Below are positions 46,594-56,157 of a stretch of 64,000 bases of DNA, in pieces (position 1 is the stretch's first letter; each line of letters begins with the position of its first letter). The DNA lies in assembly GCA_021324575.1 (NCBI GenBank), contig JAJPIW010000006.1, forward strand, positions 5 through 64,004. The letters run 5' to 3'. The stretch comes from Intrasporangiaceae bacterium (lineage in GTDB: Bacteria > Actinomycetota > Actinomycetes > Actinomycetales > Dermatophilaceae). The translations under genes were made by a program, and so were the position numbers. Below the pieces are notes generated by a model. The model saw nothing but the letters and a program-made list of their open reading frames with translations. It did not search any database and had not been told where the DNA came from.

Positions 46594-49500
46594 CCGAGAT
46601 AGCCGCCGTAGAAGGGGTAGTCCTTCCCTCCGAACCTGAGATTCTTAGGCACGTTCGGCGTGAGCTCACTCCATTCACAAGCACCGCCGCCCAAGCACAC
46701 GTCCACGTGTTGATAATTCATCTCGCCAACCGTGGGATTAAACTCGGGCGCAGGCTCGACGGAACCACCAGCCGCGCGAATCTCGCCAGCAGTCGTTGAT
46801 CGGAAACTGCCGTGGACGACACCTTGACCAGCCTCCTCAACTGTGCGCCCTTGGGCCCCTGAGAAGACCTCGCCAGCGTTCGGCATGGCGCTTTGGCCAC
46901 CGCGAGCGATGACTCTCGAATCCGAGATTAGGGGTTCTGCGGCAGTCGTCTCTGCAGCTCCGCTAGCGGCTTCTTCGGCGGCTCCTTCGGCTACTCCAAC
47001 CACACCTGCCTCGACGCCGTCGGTCAGGGGATCTAGGCCGCCTTGGGCAAAGTTTAGGACGGTAAGGAAAAAGATGCCAAGGTTGCTAGCTTCTTGTTTG
47101 CCGGTGGCTTCCTTCCAACTGGGATCTTCGTAGTCGATGCGGCTGCCGGGTTTGCCGTCGCTAAGTTGGCCGCCAATTTTGGCTACGGCTTTGGTCTTCT
47201 TGCCGACGATGAGGCCGTAGTCCACATTTGTGAGCCGACCCCTGCTATCTGTGCGGTATCCAGTGACGTGGTATCCGGTGAACGGTTTGTGGTGGTGGTG
47301 GTAGGTCTGGTAGGCGGCTCGGGCTTTGGCCGGTGCGGTGACCATGCCCATGCCGGTTTCGTCGCCGTACGCGTCGATTCCTCGTTGGCCGCTGGGGTCG
47401 CTGAGGGTGATGGGGCTGTTGTCGGCGTAGGAGTAGCCGTTGAGCGCGTTTCCGGTTTGGAGGATGGGGTCTAGGGAGGTGAAGCGTCCGAGGCTGGGTT
47501 GGTAGTCGCGGGCGCCGAGATGGACCGTGGTGACGGTGGACCAGGGGTTGGTGGGTGCGCCCAGGAACCCGTGGTCGGGGTCGGGCCAGGTGGGTGCGTT
47601 GGTGTCGCGCGAGTTGCCGAAGGGGTCATAGTGCCGCACGATGGTGGCGGCCGTGACGCCGTTTTCGGCGACGGTGGCGGTGCTTTGGGGGTCGACGTCG
47701 AACCAGTTGACGGTGGCGGTGGTGGAGCCGGCCGGTACGGTGCGGACGGCCACGGCGTGGCCCAAGGCGGTGTAGGTGCGGGTGGCGCGGGCGGTGCTCG
47801 CGCCGGGGGCGTAGTGCAGTTCGGTGTCGCCGAGGAGCAGCGTGGTGCCGGTGGTCGGGTCGGTTTGGGCGAGCAGGGTGCCGGACGCGTCGTAGGTGTC
47901 AGTCTGGGTGGCGGTGCCGATGTGGGTCGTGCCGAGGCGGTGTTCGGCGTCCCAGGTCAGGGTTTGGCCGGGGAGGGTGGTCATGGCGCCGTCGGCGTCG
48001 TAGGCGTAGGTGTCGGTGCCGGTGGTGGTCCAGCCGGTCCCGCCGGGGGTGGTGCCGGCCGGGGCTGTCGCGTGGGTGACCGCGGTGACGGCGTTGGGGC
48101 GGGTGACCCCGGCCCCGGGTGTGGGGTAGGCGTAGGTGTCGTTGGTGTCGGTGCCGCTGGCGGTGGTGGCATGCCGGTCGATCGAGGTGCGGTCGCCCAG
48201 TGCGTCGTAGGTGTAGGACTGCCAGTAGGGGGCGGGTCCGCCCAGGTTGCCGCTGCTGGGGCTGGTGGTGCAGCCGCCGGTTGTGGGGGTCCATGCCTGT
48301 CCCAGGCGCCCGGCCCAGTCGTAGGTGAAGCATTGTGTGTCGGTTGACGTTGATGCGGTGTCGACGACTTGGGTGATCTTGCCGGCATTGTCGAAGGTAT
48401 AGGCGCGGTTGGCCGCGACGTTGTTCGAGGAGGCGCCGGTGGTGGCTTCCACACCGGTGAGCCGTCCGGTGCCGTTCTCCCAGGTGTAGCTGTCGACCAG
48501 GTAGTTGTTGGCGTAACCGTGGGTGGTTTGCCCGAGCTGGCCCAGGGCGTTGTAGGCGATGGGCATGAGGTAGTCAGATCGCCCGGTGTAGGCGGCTAGG
48601 TTCCCGACGGTGGTGTACGACGAGGTCAGGGTTTCGGCGGGTAGTCCGGCCATGGCCGGGTCGGTCTGGGTGGCCAGGGTCTGGTCGGGGTTGTAGGTGT
48701 AGTTGGTGGTGTAGGTGGCTGCGGGGGCGGCTTGCACGGCTGGGATGCCGTATTTGGTGCCGGTGGGGTTGCCGGCGCTGTCGTAGCCGGTGATCGACTC
48801 GGTCCAGTTCCCGGTGGGTGTGTAGCGGGTGCTGGTCGACAGTTTTTCTTTGCCGTTGGGCACGGCCGGGTCGCTGTAGGTCCACCCGGCCAGCTGGGTG
48901 CCGCTGGTGCTTGTTCCGGCGTACTCGCCGGTGCGGTGGTCCAGTGCGTCGTAGCTGTAGGTGAGGGCCTGGTTGCGGTTGTCGGTGACGGTCAGGACTC
49001 GTCCGGCCAGGTCGTAGCTGGCGGTGGTGGTCCCGGCGTTGGGGTCGACGGACGTGGTTTGTTGGCCGAGCAGGTTGTAGGTCCAGGACCAGTGGTCTCC
49101 GGCGGTGTCGGTCAGGCCGGTTTGGCGTCCGGCGTGGTCGTAACCGTAGGTGAGGGTGTCGGCGGTCCCGGTCGGGGTTCCTCCGTGCCAGGTCAGTTGT
49201 TTGCTGGTGTTGCCGCGGGCGTCGAGGTACGTCGTGGTGGCGGTGCCGCCGGTCGGGGGGGTGGTGTCGACGTGGTCGCCGCGGTAGGCGTTGGTGGTGC
49301 GCCATTTCTCGGTGCCGAAGACCTTGAGGACGGTGGCGGTGGCCCGGCCGGCGCCGTCGAAGATGGTGTCGTTCTGGGTGGCGATGTTGCTTTCGCCGGC
49401 GCCGGGGACCAGAAGGGCGGCCGAGGGGACGGACCCCATCAGGTAGTTGCCGTTGGTGAGGACGGTTTGGCCGAGGGTGTCGCGGACGGTGTCGCTGACC

Positions 49501-52500
49501 AGGGTTCCGTTGCTGCCGGAGGTGCCCTGCTGGGCGCCCAAGGTTTGCGCTTCGGCGGGGACCTGGGTTTGGCGGACGCGGCCGAGCCCGTCGTACAGGG
49601 TGTAGGAGGTGACGGTGTTTCCGGTGGCGTTCAGGGTGGTCGTTCCGACGGCTGAGGTGCCGGTGGTGGACACGGTGTAGCTGTAGCTGGTGGACGGCGC
49701 GGAGGGGTAGGTGGCTTGGGCGCGCCCGGGCAGCCAGACCTGGCTGCGGCGGCCGAGCGGGTCGTAGGTGATGGTGGCCGTGGCCTGGTTCGGGTCGACC
49801 ACGGACGTCGGTGTTCCCCAGGCGGGGGCTGCTTGGGTGATCGTGTGCAGCCCGGCAGCGTCGGCGACATCGGATTGGGTGAGCGGGCCGACGTTGCCGG
49901 TCAGCGGCGCTACACCGGAGGGGGTGTAGCTGGTGGTGCTGGTACGCCCGAGGGCGTCGGTGCTGCCGGTTTGTCGGCCGAGGGCGTCGTACGTGGCATT
50001 TTGCTGGGCTGTTTGCCAGACGGCGGTGTCTTCGGTGGTTCCGGTGTAGCTGGTGGCTTCTTGGGTTTGGGTGAGGTCGCCCTTGGTCGGGACCTGACCG
50101 GTGAAGGTGGTGGCCCCGTCGTAGAAGGAGCGGGTGTCGTTGATCGTGTCGGTGTGATAGTTGGGGGTGGCGGTGCAGGTCACCCCCACGGTGTTCACGT
50201 CGGCCGGCAAGTTCAGACGGTTGGCGCCCGGGTTGTCGGCGTAGCTGGTGCGGGTGCACCGGTCGTCACCGGCGGTGGAGGTGTCGCCCAGGTCGTCGAC
50301 CGCGGTGACCCGCCCGTAGCTGTCGTAGGTGTTCTTGGTGTCGGTGACCCGGTTACCGCCGGCGGAGAGGGCGGTGTAGGTCGTGGTGTCGGCATCACCG
50401 GTGTGTCTGGCCGTGTTGACGCCGTCGTTGGCGGTGACCGCCGAAGCCCACGGGGTAGTGACCGCGTCGGACACCATCGGGCCGGGGCTCGTGCCGCTCA
50501 TCCCGTTGTAGATGACGGTTTCCAGGGCTTGCCCGGCCCACCACAGCGAGTCCGTCACATGGGTTCCGTTGCTGGCGGCCAGGGTGACGGACTTGGTGCC
50601 CCCAGTCGGGGAGGCCTTGTCCCCGTCCATGCCCTGGAAGTAGGTGTCGTCTTCGACTTGCTGCCCGGTCGGGTTGGCGGGGTCTCCATGAGTGACCCGG
50701 ACCTTGCTGTACCCGGCCCAGACCGACCAGGTCCGGGACGCGTCGGGGACAAGCGGTGAGGTGTCGTACCTCCAAGCGGGGGTGCTCAGGCTGTAGTTGT
50801 AGAACGTCTCGGTCGCGGGGGTGGTGGTGGCGCCCTGGTCGCCGGTCACGCCGTCCTCGGTGACCTGGGCAAGGGGGTACTTGTTGAACCAGTCCATGAA
50901 CGCGGCCCCGCCCGGCGGGGTCCACCACTGCGGGAAGCACCGCATGGTGTTGGTTTCGGGCTTGGCGGGCAGGTTGGTGGACGTGCATTGCGCCGGGGTG
51001 TAGCCGACGTTGATGGTGCCGCCCTGTTCGGTGCTGATGGTCGCGATGCGCTGCTTCATCAGCGCCGGCCACCCGCCGGTCGTGGCGGTCCGGTTCTGCA
51101 GCCAGATCCCGGAGAACTGGACGTCGGGCATGGTGGCGGTGCCGCCGACCAGTCCGGCGTGGGTGATCCCGGTCAGCCACAACATCGCGGAGGTGCCGTC
51201 GGTCGGGTTGGGGTAGGCCTGGTGCAGGCTCCACTTGTCCACCAGCACGTAGCTGCCGGCGGTGTTGCGGTACTGCGTGGTCACGGTGTCCAGCCGCTGG
51301 GACGACCAGAACGTGGGGTCGGTGATCGCGCAGGCGGAGACAGTGCAGCTATAGTCCCAGGGGACGTCCGGCCAGTCTTGGGGGTCGGTGCTGTTGCAGA
51401 CCGTGCTGGGCAGGCAGCGCGAGGCGGGGGTGAACACCACCTGCTCGGGGGCCGGTGAGGTCAGCTCGAACCCGTGCTGCATGCCGTAGTCGATCCTGGA
51501 CAGGAACCCGCCCCGGATGTACGACACGATCGTGGTGCCGTTCTGCTTGTAGTAGTTCGTCTCCGGGGTGTAGTACAGGGCCTGGCTGTTGCCGTGGACG
51601 TCGACGACGTAGTCCAGGTTCCACCGGTAGGCCTGGGTGCAGACGCTGGTGGCGAAGGTCGTCCCGTGGCAGGGTTCACCGGTGTTGTTGCCGAAGACCG
51701 GTGCGGTGAAGGTCGACTGGGTCGTCGGGTTTCCGGTGGTCCAGCCGGGCAGATGGTTCAGACCGAAGTAGTACTGGGTGCCGTCGGTGGTGGTCAGGCG
51801 CCAGTACTCCCCCTGGTTGGCACCGTTGACTGCGCCAGTCAGTTTTTCCACCTTGGTGTTGTCGTCACCTTGCAGGTGCCACCCGGTGGTCGGGTCGTTG
51901 ACGATGGTGCCGGAGTGACCGGCGAAGGTCACGGTGGCGTTGTCGCTCTTCCAGCACTGGTCGTTGGAGCCTGCCTGCCCGTCTTGCGCGCAGGGGACGT
52001 AGCGGCGTTCGATGGCGCCGCCGGCCTGCAGGGACCACCCGTCGCCCAGGGCGCTGGGCTGGTTGTTAGCGGCGGCCGTCTCCCCATCCAGCGACCCGGA
52101 GTCGTAGCTGAACGCGACGTCCGGTTCCGGTCCGGCCGCGGCCGGCGGCACCCGCAGCGGGTAGTTGTAGGTGAAGTCACCGGTCTGCTCGGTGGCCTGC
52201 CACGCGGTCGACGCCGACAGGGAGGTCGCGGAGAAGGTGCCGGTGCCGGACGCGTCCGGGGCGGCCGTTCCCGCCATCGCGGTCGCCGAGGCAAGCGGGG
52301 CCGATGCCGACGTGGACGAGCGTCGGGTGGCCGGCCCTGCCGGGGTGGGGTTGGCGGTGGTCACCGCGAGGACGACAGGGGTGTCGCCGACGGCGACGGC
52401 GGCGTCGTCGGTGCGGACCGTGTCACGGCTACCGGGTGAACCGCTGGGGGATACCGTCGCAGTGGACACGGCCTGCGGCTGCCCGGTCGGGCCGGTGGTG

Positions 52501-53009
52501 AGGGTGGTCCAGCGGGCCCGGCGGGCAAAGTCGGCGCCGAACAGCCGGGTCAGCTCGGCCGGGGCAAGGGACACCGCAACCGTGGCCGGGGCGGGAGCAT
52601 CCGTGCGCTCCAGCTGCACAGCCAGGCCGGGCACACCAGCCCGGCGCGGGTCGCCGGGCGACAGGATCTCGACGCGTAGCTGCGGGGCGTCACCGGTGAC
52701 GGCCAGGGGCCGGATGGTCAGGCCGCTTTGCCCGACTGATGCGCGGGAGGTGTGGGAGGTGGCGAGGGTGAACCGGCCGGCGGCTGGTCCCGGGCCGGGC
52801 GGGGTCACGCTGGCCCTGGACTCAGCTGGTCGGGCGTGGGCGGTGGCGTGGCCGCCGGGCACCGGTTTGATCGTCTGCATCCGGGGGTGGACGGCGCCCC
52901 CGGCAACAGCCGCCGCGAACCCTGCCGACGGGTGCAGGCCGGTGACCACCACGACGACGCTGGCGGCAGCCGCCGCAGCGCGACGCATCAGAACAGCACG
53001 ACCGGACAC
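46581..53009 (-). CDS. RHS/YD-repeat polymorphic toxin with a variable C-terminal domain
   Basis: About 2142 aa. The likely start is GTG 53009, 5 nt after AAGGAGG (the track starts at TTG 53027), followed by a signal peptide. There are many YD repeats (YDALGR, YDPLGR, YDLAGR, YDGLGR, YDADGA, HYDPFGN). The core ends ARDYQPSLGRFTSLDPI...YADNSPITLSDPSGQ and is followed by a tail of about 265 aa. Confidence 0.9.
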   Translation of the reverse strand: MSGRAVLMRRAAAAAASVVVVVTGLHPSAGFAAAVAGGAVHPRMQTIKPVPGGHATAHARPAESRASVTPPGPGPAAGRFTLATSHTSRASVGQSGLTIRPLAVTGDAPQLRVEILSPGDPRRAGVPGLAVQLERTDAPAPATVAVSLAPAELTRLFGADFARRARWTTLTTGPTGQPQAVSTATVSPSGSPGSRDTVRTDDAAVAVGDTPVVLAVTTANPTPAGPATRRSSTSASAPLASATAMAGTAAPDASGTGTFSATSLSASTAWQATEQTGDFTYNYPLRVPPAAAGPEPDVAFSYDSGSLDGETAAANNQPSALGDGWSLQAGGAIERRYVPCAQDGQAGSNDQCWKSDNATVTFAGHSGTIVNDPTTGWHLQGDDNTKVEKLTGAVNGANQGEYWRLTTTDGTQYYFGLNHLPGWTTGNPTTQSTFTAPVFGNNTGEPCHGTTFATSVCTQAYRWNLDYVVDVHGNSQALYYTPETNYYKQNGTTIVSYIRGGFLSRIDYGMQHGFELTSPAPEQVVFTPASRCLPSTVCNSTDPQDWPDVPWDYSCTVSACAITDPTFWSSQRLDTVTTQYRNTAGSYVLVDKWSLHQAYPNPTDGTSAMLWLTGITHAGLVGGTATMPDVQFSGIWLQNRTATTGGWPALMKQRIATISTEQGGTINVGYTPAQCTSTNLPAKPETNTMRCFPQWWTPPGGAAFMDWFNKYPLAQVTEDGVTGDQGATTTPATETFYNYSLSTPAWRYDTSPLVPDASRTWSVWAGYSKVRVTHGDPANPTGQQVEDDTYFQGMDGDKASPTGGTKSVTLAASNGTHVTDSLWWAGQALETVIYNGMSGTSPGPMVSDAVTTPWASAVTANDGVNTARHTGDADTTTYTALSAGGNRVTDTKNTYDSYGRVTAVDDLGDTSTAGDDRCTRTSYADNPGANRLNLPADVNTVGVTCTATPNYHTDTINDTRSFYDGATTFTGQVPTKGDLTQTQEATSYTGTTEDTAVWQTAQQNATYDALGRQTGSTDALGRTSTTSYTPSGVAPLTGNVGPLTQSDVADAAGLHTITQAAPAWGTPTSVVDPNQATATITYDPLGRRSQVWLPGRAQATYPSAPSTSYSYTVSTTGTSAVGTTTLNATGNTVTSYTLYDGLGRVRQTQVPAEAQTLGAQQGTSGSNGTLVSDTVRDTLGQTVLTNGNYLMGSVPSAALLVPGAGESNIATQNDTIFDGAGRATATVLKVFGTEKWRTTNAYRGDHVDTTPPTGGTATTTYLDARGNTSKQLTWHGGTPTGTADTLTYGYDHAGRQTGLTDTAGDHWSWTYNLLGQQTTSVDPNAGTTTASYDLAGRVLTVTDNRNQALTYSYDALDHRTGEYAGTSTSGTQLAGWTYSDPAVPNGKEKLSTSTRYTPTGNWTESITGYDSAGNPTGTKYGIPAVQAAPAATYTTNYTYNPDQTLATQTDPAMAGLPAETLTSSYTTVGNLAAYTGRSDYLMPIAYNALGQLGQTTHGYANNYLVDSYTWENGTGRLTGVEATTGASSNNVAANRAYTFDNAGKITQVVDTASTSTDTQCFTYDWAGRLGQAWTPTTGGCTTSPSSGNLGGPAPYWQSYTYDALGDRTSIDRHATTASGTDTNDTYAYPTPGAGVTRPNAVTAVTHATAPAGTTPGGTGWTTTGTDTYAYDADGAMTTLPGQTLTWDAEHRLGTTHIGTATQTDTYDASGTLLAQTDPTTGTTLLLGDTELHYAPGASTARATRTYTALGHAVAVRTVPAGSTTATVNWFDVDPQSTATVAENGVTAATIVRHYDPFGNSRDTNAPTWPDPDHGFLGAPTNPWSTVTTVHLGARDYQPSLGRFTSLDPILQTGNALNGYSYADNSPITLSDPSGQRGIDAYGDETGMGMVTAPAKARAAYQTYHHHHKPFTGYHVTGYRTDSRGRLTNVDYGLIVGKKTKAVAKIGGQLSDGKPGSRIDYEDPSWKEATGKQEASNLGIFFLTVLNFAQGGLDPLTDGVEAGVVGVAEGAAEEAASGAAETTAAEPLISDSRVIARGGQSAMPNAGEVFSGAQGRTVEEAGQGVVHGSFRSTTAGEIRAAGGSVEPAPEFNPTVGEMNYQHVDVCLGGGACEWSELTPNVPKNLRFGGKDYPFYGGYLGWGP

Positions 53010-53049
53010 GTAGGCCTCCTTGGTCAACGTCGAACAGACAGGAACACGG

Positions 53050-56000
53050 TTAGATGCCGCCGCCGGGAGGGAGGGCGGAAAGCTGGAGGTCGGTCAGGGC
53101 GCCGGCGTACGTGATCGGGTTCTGGACGGACCCGGTGAACCATCCCGACCCGGTCGAGGTCGTGGTGCCGCGGCCCACCCGGAACACCCCGGTGCTCGCC
53201 GCGGCGGGCGCCGTGACGGTGGCCGCAGACGCCGCCGGGGTCACCGTTCCCGAGGTCGGCGGGTTGACGTACAACCGCAGCTGGGAACCTCCCCGTCCGC
53301 CCGGGTCGTACACGACGGCCAGGGTGTCCCAGCCGCCGGTAGCGGGTGTCGTTCCGGCGGTGCACGTGCCGTTGAGGCAGGCCTGGTAGTTGCCGCTGCC
53401 GTCCACGCCCAGTGTGAGGACGCTGGCTGTGCCGGCGGCGTTGTCCTGGGAGGCCAATGTCACGTTCCGGGCGCTGGTCGGCACCTGGGCGTAACCGGAC
53501 ACGGAAAACCCGTTGGACACGTTCACCGGGGCCGTGTTTGCGGTGTCGGCCTCACCGGTGCCGGCGAACGTCATCGCACCACCGGCGCCGGCCGGCCCGG
53601 TGGTGGCCCACCCAACCGCGGAGGACAAGGTCAGCGTCGTCCCGGCGACGGTGTCGATCACGGCGGACGGACGCGACCCGGTCGCGTCGGTCACCCACGC
53701 ATGGGTCTGCGAGGGGGTGGATGCGTTGAGCGTGCCCGAGGACCCGGCGATCTTGCCCGCGTCCGGGTTCGAGGTCTGGTCGTAGGCGACGGCGCTGATG
53801 GCGAAGGTCCCGACCGCCTCCGGGACATAGTTGAACGTGTACGACCACGTGGTCCCCGACCCGGACGGGCACAACCAGTGGACCTGGTTGATCGCGTCCC
53901 AGCCGGTGGGATTGGACGGCGACGGGCACGACACGGTGCCCGGTTTGAGCGCCGGGAACGTCGGGGTCGCGGCGTCGGACCAGGCGATCCACGCCTGGGA
54001 CTGCGCGTCGGTTGTCGTGGCGATCGTGACCGGGGCCGCCTGCCCGACCGGCGGCCCTCCCGACGTCCCGGCGAACGCGGTCGCCGACACGGTCGGCGTC
54101 GCCGGGAGGGCGTTGTTCACAGTAAAGGTGCACGACGCGGCGGCCGAGGTGTTGTTCGCAGTCGACGGGGACGTGTTGGTGGCCGTCACGGTCACCGTCG
54201 CATTGGACCCGCTGGCGAACGTTCCCGCGGGGATGGGCGAGCCGGCCACGACCGTGCTGCCCGAGTTCGTCAGGGCGCTGGTCCACGACCATGACCCGGC
54301 CGTGAACTTGACGGTCATCTGCTTGCCGTCCGGGTCGGACACCGTCGCCTGCGGGGTGATCGGCTGGTCCCCGCGGACAGTCCCACCGCACGCCACATCC
54401 GGCGAGGCGGACTTCACCCCGGTCGGGGTGCCTGGGGCCGGGTCGCTGATCACGACCTTGCACCAGGTGGACACCGGCCCAGAGGGTTCGGGGCTGGTCC
54501 CAGTGAAGACCCCATCTCGGGGGTACCAGCGGAAGGCCAACGAAAAACCATGCGGGAACGAGGCGCTGCCGGCACCCACCGAGTAGGACACCGTGCCACC
54601 CGACGACACCGTCCCCGACGACCACGACGTGACCAAGGTGGTTTCGTCGGCTTGATACTCCTGGAAGAAGCCGTGGACCGCGTAGCCGGCCGGGTCAGCC
54701 AACTTGGCGTTCAGCGTGAACGCCTCGGACCCGTCGACGGTGATCGTTTGCTGGCTGGCGCATGTATCCGTTTGGGTTGTGCCGCCGTTCACCTTGTGGG
54801 ATACCGACACGGCCGACACGCTCGGCGGGGAGGTGTACGTCACGGTCATCGTGGTGGTGAAATCCTTCAGCGTGTACGCGCCAGCGACATCGTTGCCGCG
54901 GAACCCGAAGTAGTCGGTGTTGGTTCCCTTGGCCACCTCCGCCGCGACGTAGCTGGTCAACCCGGAGCCCGTCAACGTCCCCGTCGTGCCGCCCAGCGAT
55001 CCGGACGCCAGGACGGTCCCGGTCCCGATCGCGCCGGCATAATTCAACGCCGTCGCGTGATACATGTACGTGGGCTCGCTGGTGGACGTTCCCCCGCACG
55101 TGCACTTGGTCGCCGTCACGTAGGCGTTGGTCACCTCGGTGCCCAGAATGCTGGACAGGTCATAGTGGCCGACCGACCTCCAGTACACCGTGGTGCCCGC
55201 CTCGTTGGGGTTGCCCGTCTGCGAGGTGCACGCGCCGCACACCGTCCCATCGCTCTTGTACGCCGTCACGTTCGTGTCCCCGATCGTCGGGTCGATATCG
55301 ATCGGGAACGCCGAGGCCGGCTGCGCCGCGAGCCACACGGGGTCGATCGAGACCGTCAGCTGCCCGTTCGAGACACCCATCACCGCGTGCGCCTGCCCAA
55401 ACCCGTCGCCATCGGCCGTCACCACCAGCGGCGCGTACAGGTGCAGCTGCTGACCCAGGGCACCGCTCGGAGTCAGCGACCCGTCAGCCTGCGCCACCAA
55501 CGACGAGGCATCCGTCGACGAACTCGTCGACGACGACAGCATCGTCGACGACACCGACGACCACGAGCCCGTGTCGACAGCGAACGAGAACGACGACCCG
55601 GCCGAGGCGTCCTTGAGCAGGATCGACTCCTTCACCAGATCACCACGAACCTGATACGTCAGGTCCGTCGAGGGCCACACATTCGCATACGTCACCCCGT
55701 CCCCGGCCGTGTTGCGCACCGGCGCCACCGACGACCCACCAACCGGGGCGACCACGATCGACCCAGCCGAGGTCGTCACCGCCACACCTTGGGAGGAGGC
55801 ACCAAAATGAGCACCCCATGAGTTCGCCTTGTTGACCAACCCGCCCGAGACCGACGGGTCGGCCACCAACGTGTTGTCGATCGGGTGCCACGCACCCGCT
55901 GAGTCCTGGTAGTTCACCGCGGCATCGGAGGACACCAGGGTCTGCGTTCCATCCGCATTGGCGTAGTTCGTCCACGACAACCCGAGCCCGTTGGCGACTG

Positions 56001-56157
56001 AGCTCGCCGCGTCAAACCCCAGCGGAACCGTCGCGGCGACAGCGGCGCCAGGCCCGGCGGTAACCGCCAGACCAGCCAGCGCCAGGACCGCCGCCATCGA
56101 CCCAACCCTCAACCGCGCCAGCCTCGTCACGGGCCTGCCCCGCACAGGCAACCGCAT
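53050..56157 (-). CDS. Large secreted protein with a C-terminal LamG/concanavalin-A-like domain
   Basis: ATG at 56157 (MRLPVRGRPVTRLARLRVGSMAAVLALAGLAVTAG signal peptide). The body is Thr/Ser/Gly-rich and predicted beta-rich. The C-terminus reads LRLYVNP...VFRVGRG...GWFTGSVQNPITY. The gene lies 40 bp upstream of the RHS gene. Confidence 0.75.
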   Translation of the reverse strand: MRLPVRGRPVTRLARLRVGSMAAVLALAGLAVTAGPGAAVAATVPLGFDAASSVANGLGLSWTNYANADGTQTLVSSDAAVNYQDSAGAWHPIDNTLVADPSVSGGLVNKANSWGAHFGASSQGVAVTTSAGSIVVAPVGGSSVAPVRNTAGDGVTYANVWPSTDLTYQVRGDLVKESILLKDASAGSSFSFAVDTGSWSSVSSTMLSSSTSSSTDASSLVAQADGSLTPSGALGQQLHLYAPLVVTADGDGFGQAHAVMGVSNGQLTVSIDPVWLAAQPASAFPIDIDPTIGDTNVTAYKSDGTVCGACTSQTGNPNEAGTTVYWRSVGHYDLSSILGTEVTNAYVTATKCTCGGTSTSEPTYMYHATALNYAGAIGTGTVLASGSLGGTTGTLTGSGLTSYVAAEVAKGTNTDYFGFRGNDVAGAYTLKDFTTTMTVTYTSPPSVSAVSVSHKVNGGTTQTDTCASQQTITVDGSEAFTLNAKLADPAGYAVHGFFQEYQADETTLVTSWSSGTVSSGGTVSYSVGAGSASFPHGFSLAFRWYPRDGVFTGTSPEPSGPVSTWCKVVISDPAPGTPTGVKSASPDVACGGTVRGDQPITPQATVSDPDGKQMTVKFTAGSWSWTSALTNSGSTVVAGSPIPAGTFASGSNATVTVTATNTSPSTANNTSAAASCTFTVNNALPATPTVSATAFAGTSGGPPVGQAAPVTIATTTDAQSQAWIAWSDAATPTFPALKPGTVSCPSPSNPTGWDAINQVHWLCPSGSGTTWSYTFNYVPEAVGTFAISAVAYDQTSNPDAGKIAGSSGTLNASTPSQTHAWVTDATGSRPSAVIDTVAGTTLTLSSAVGWATTGPAGAGGAMTFAGTGEADTANTAPVNVSNGFSVSGYAQVPTSARNVTLASQDNAAGTASVLTLGVDGSGNYQACLNGTCTAGTTPATGGWDTLAVVYDPGGRGGSQLRLYVNPPTSGTVTPAASAATVTAPAAASTGVFRVGRGTTTSTGSGWFTGSVQNPITYAGALTDLQLSALPPGGGI

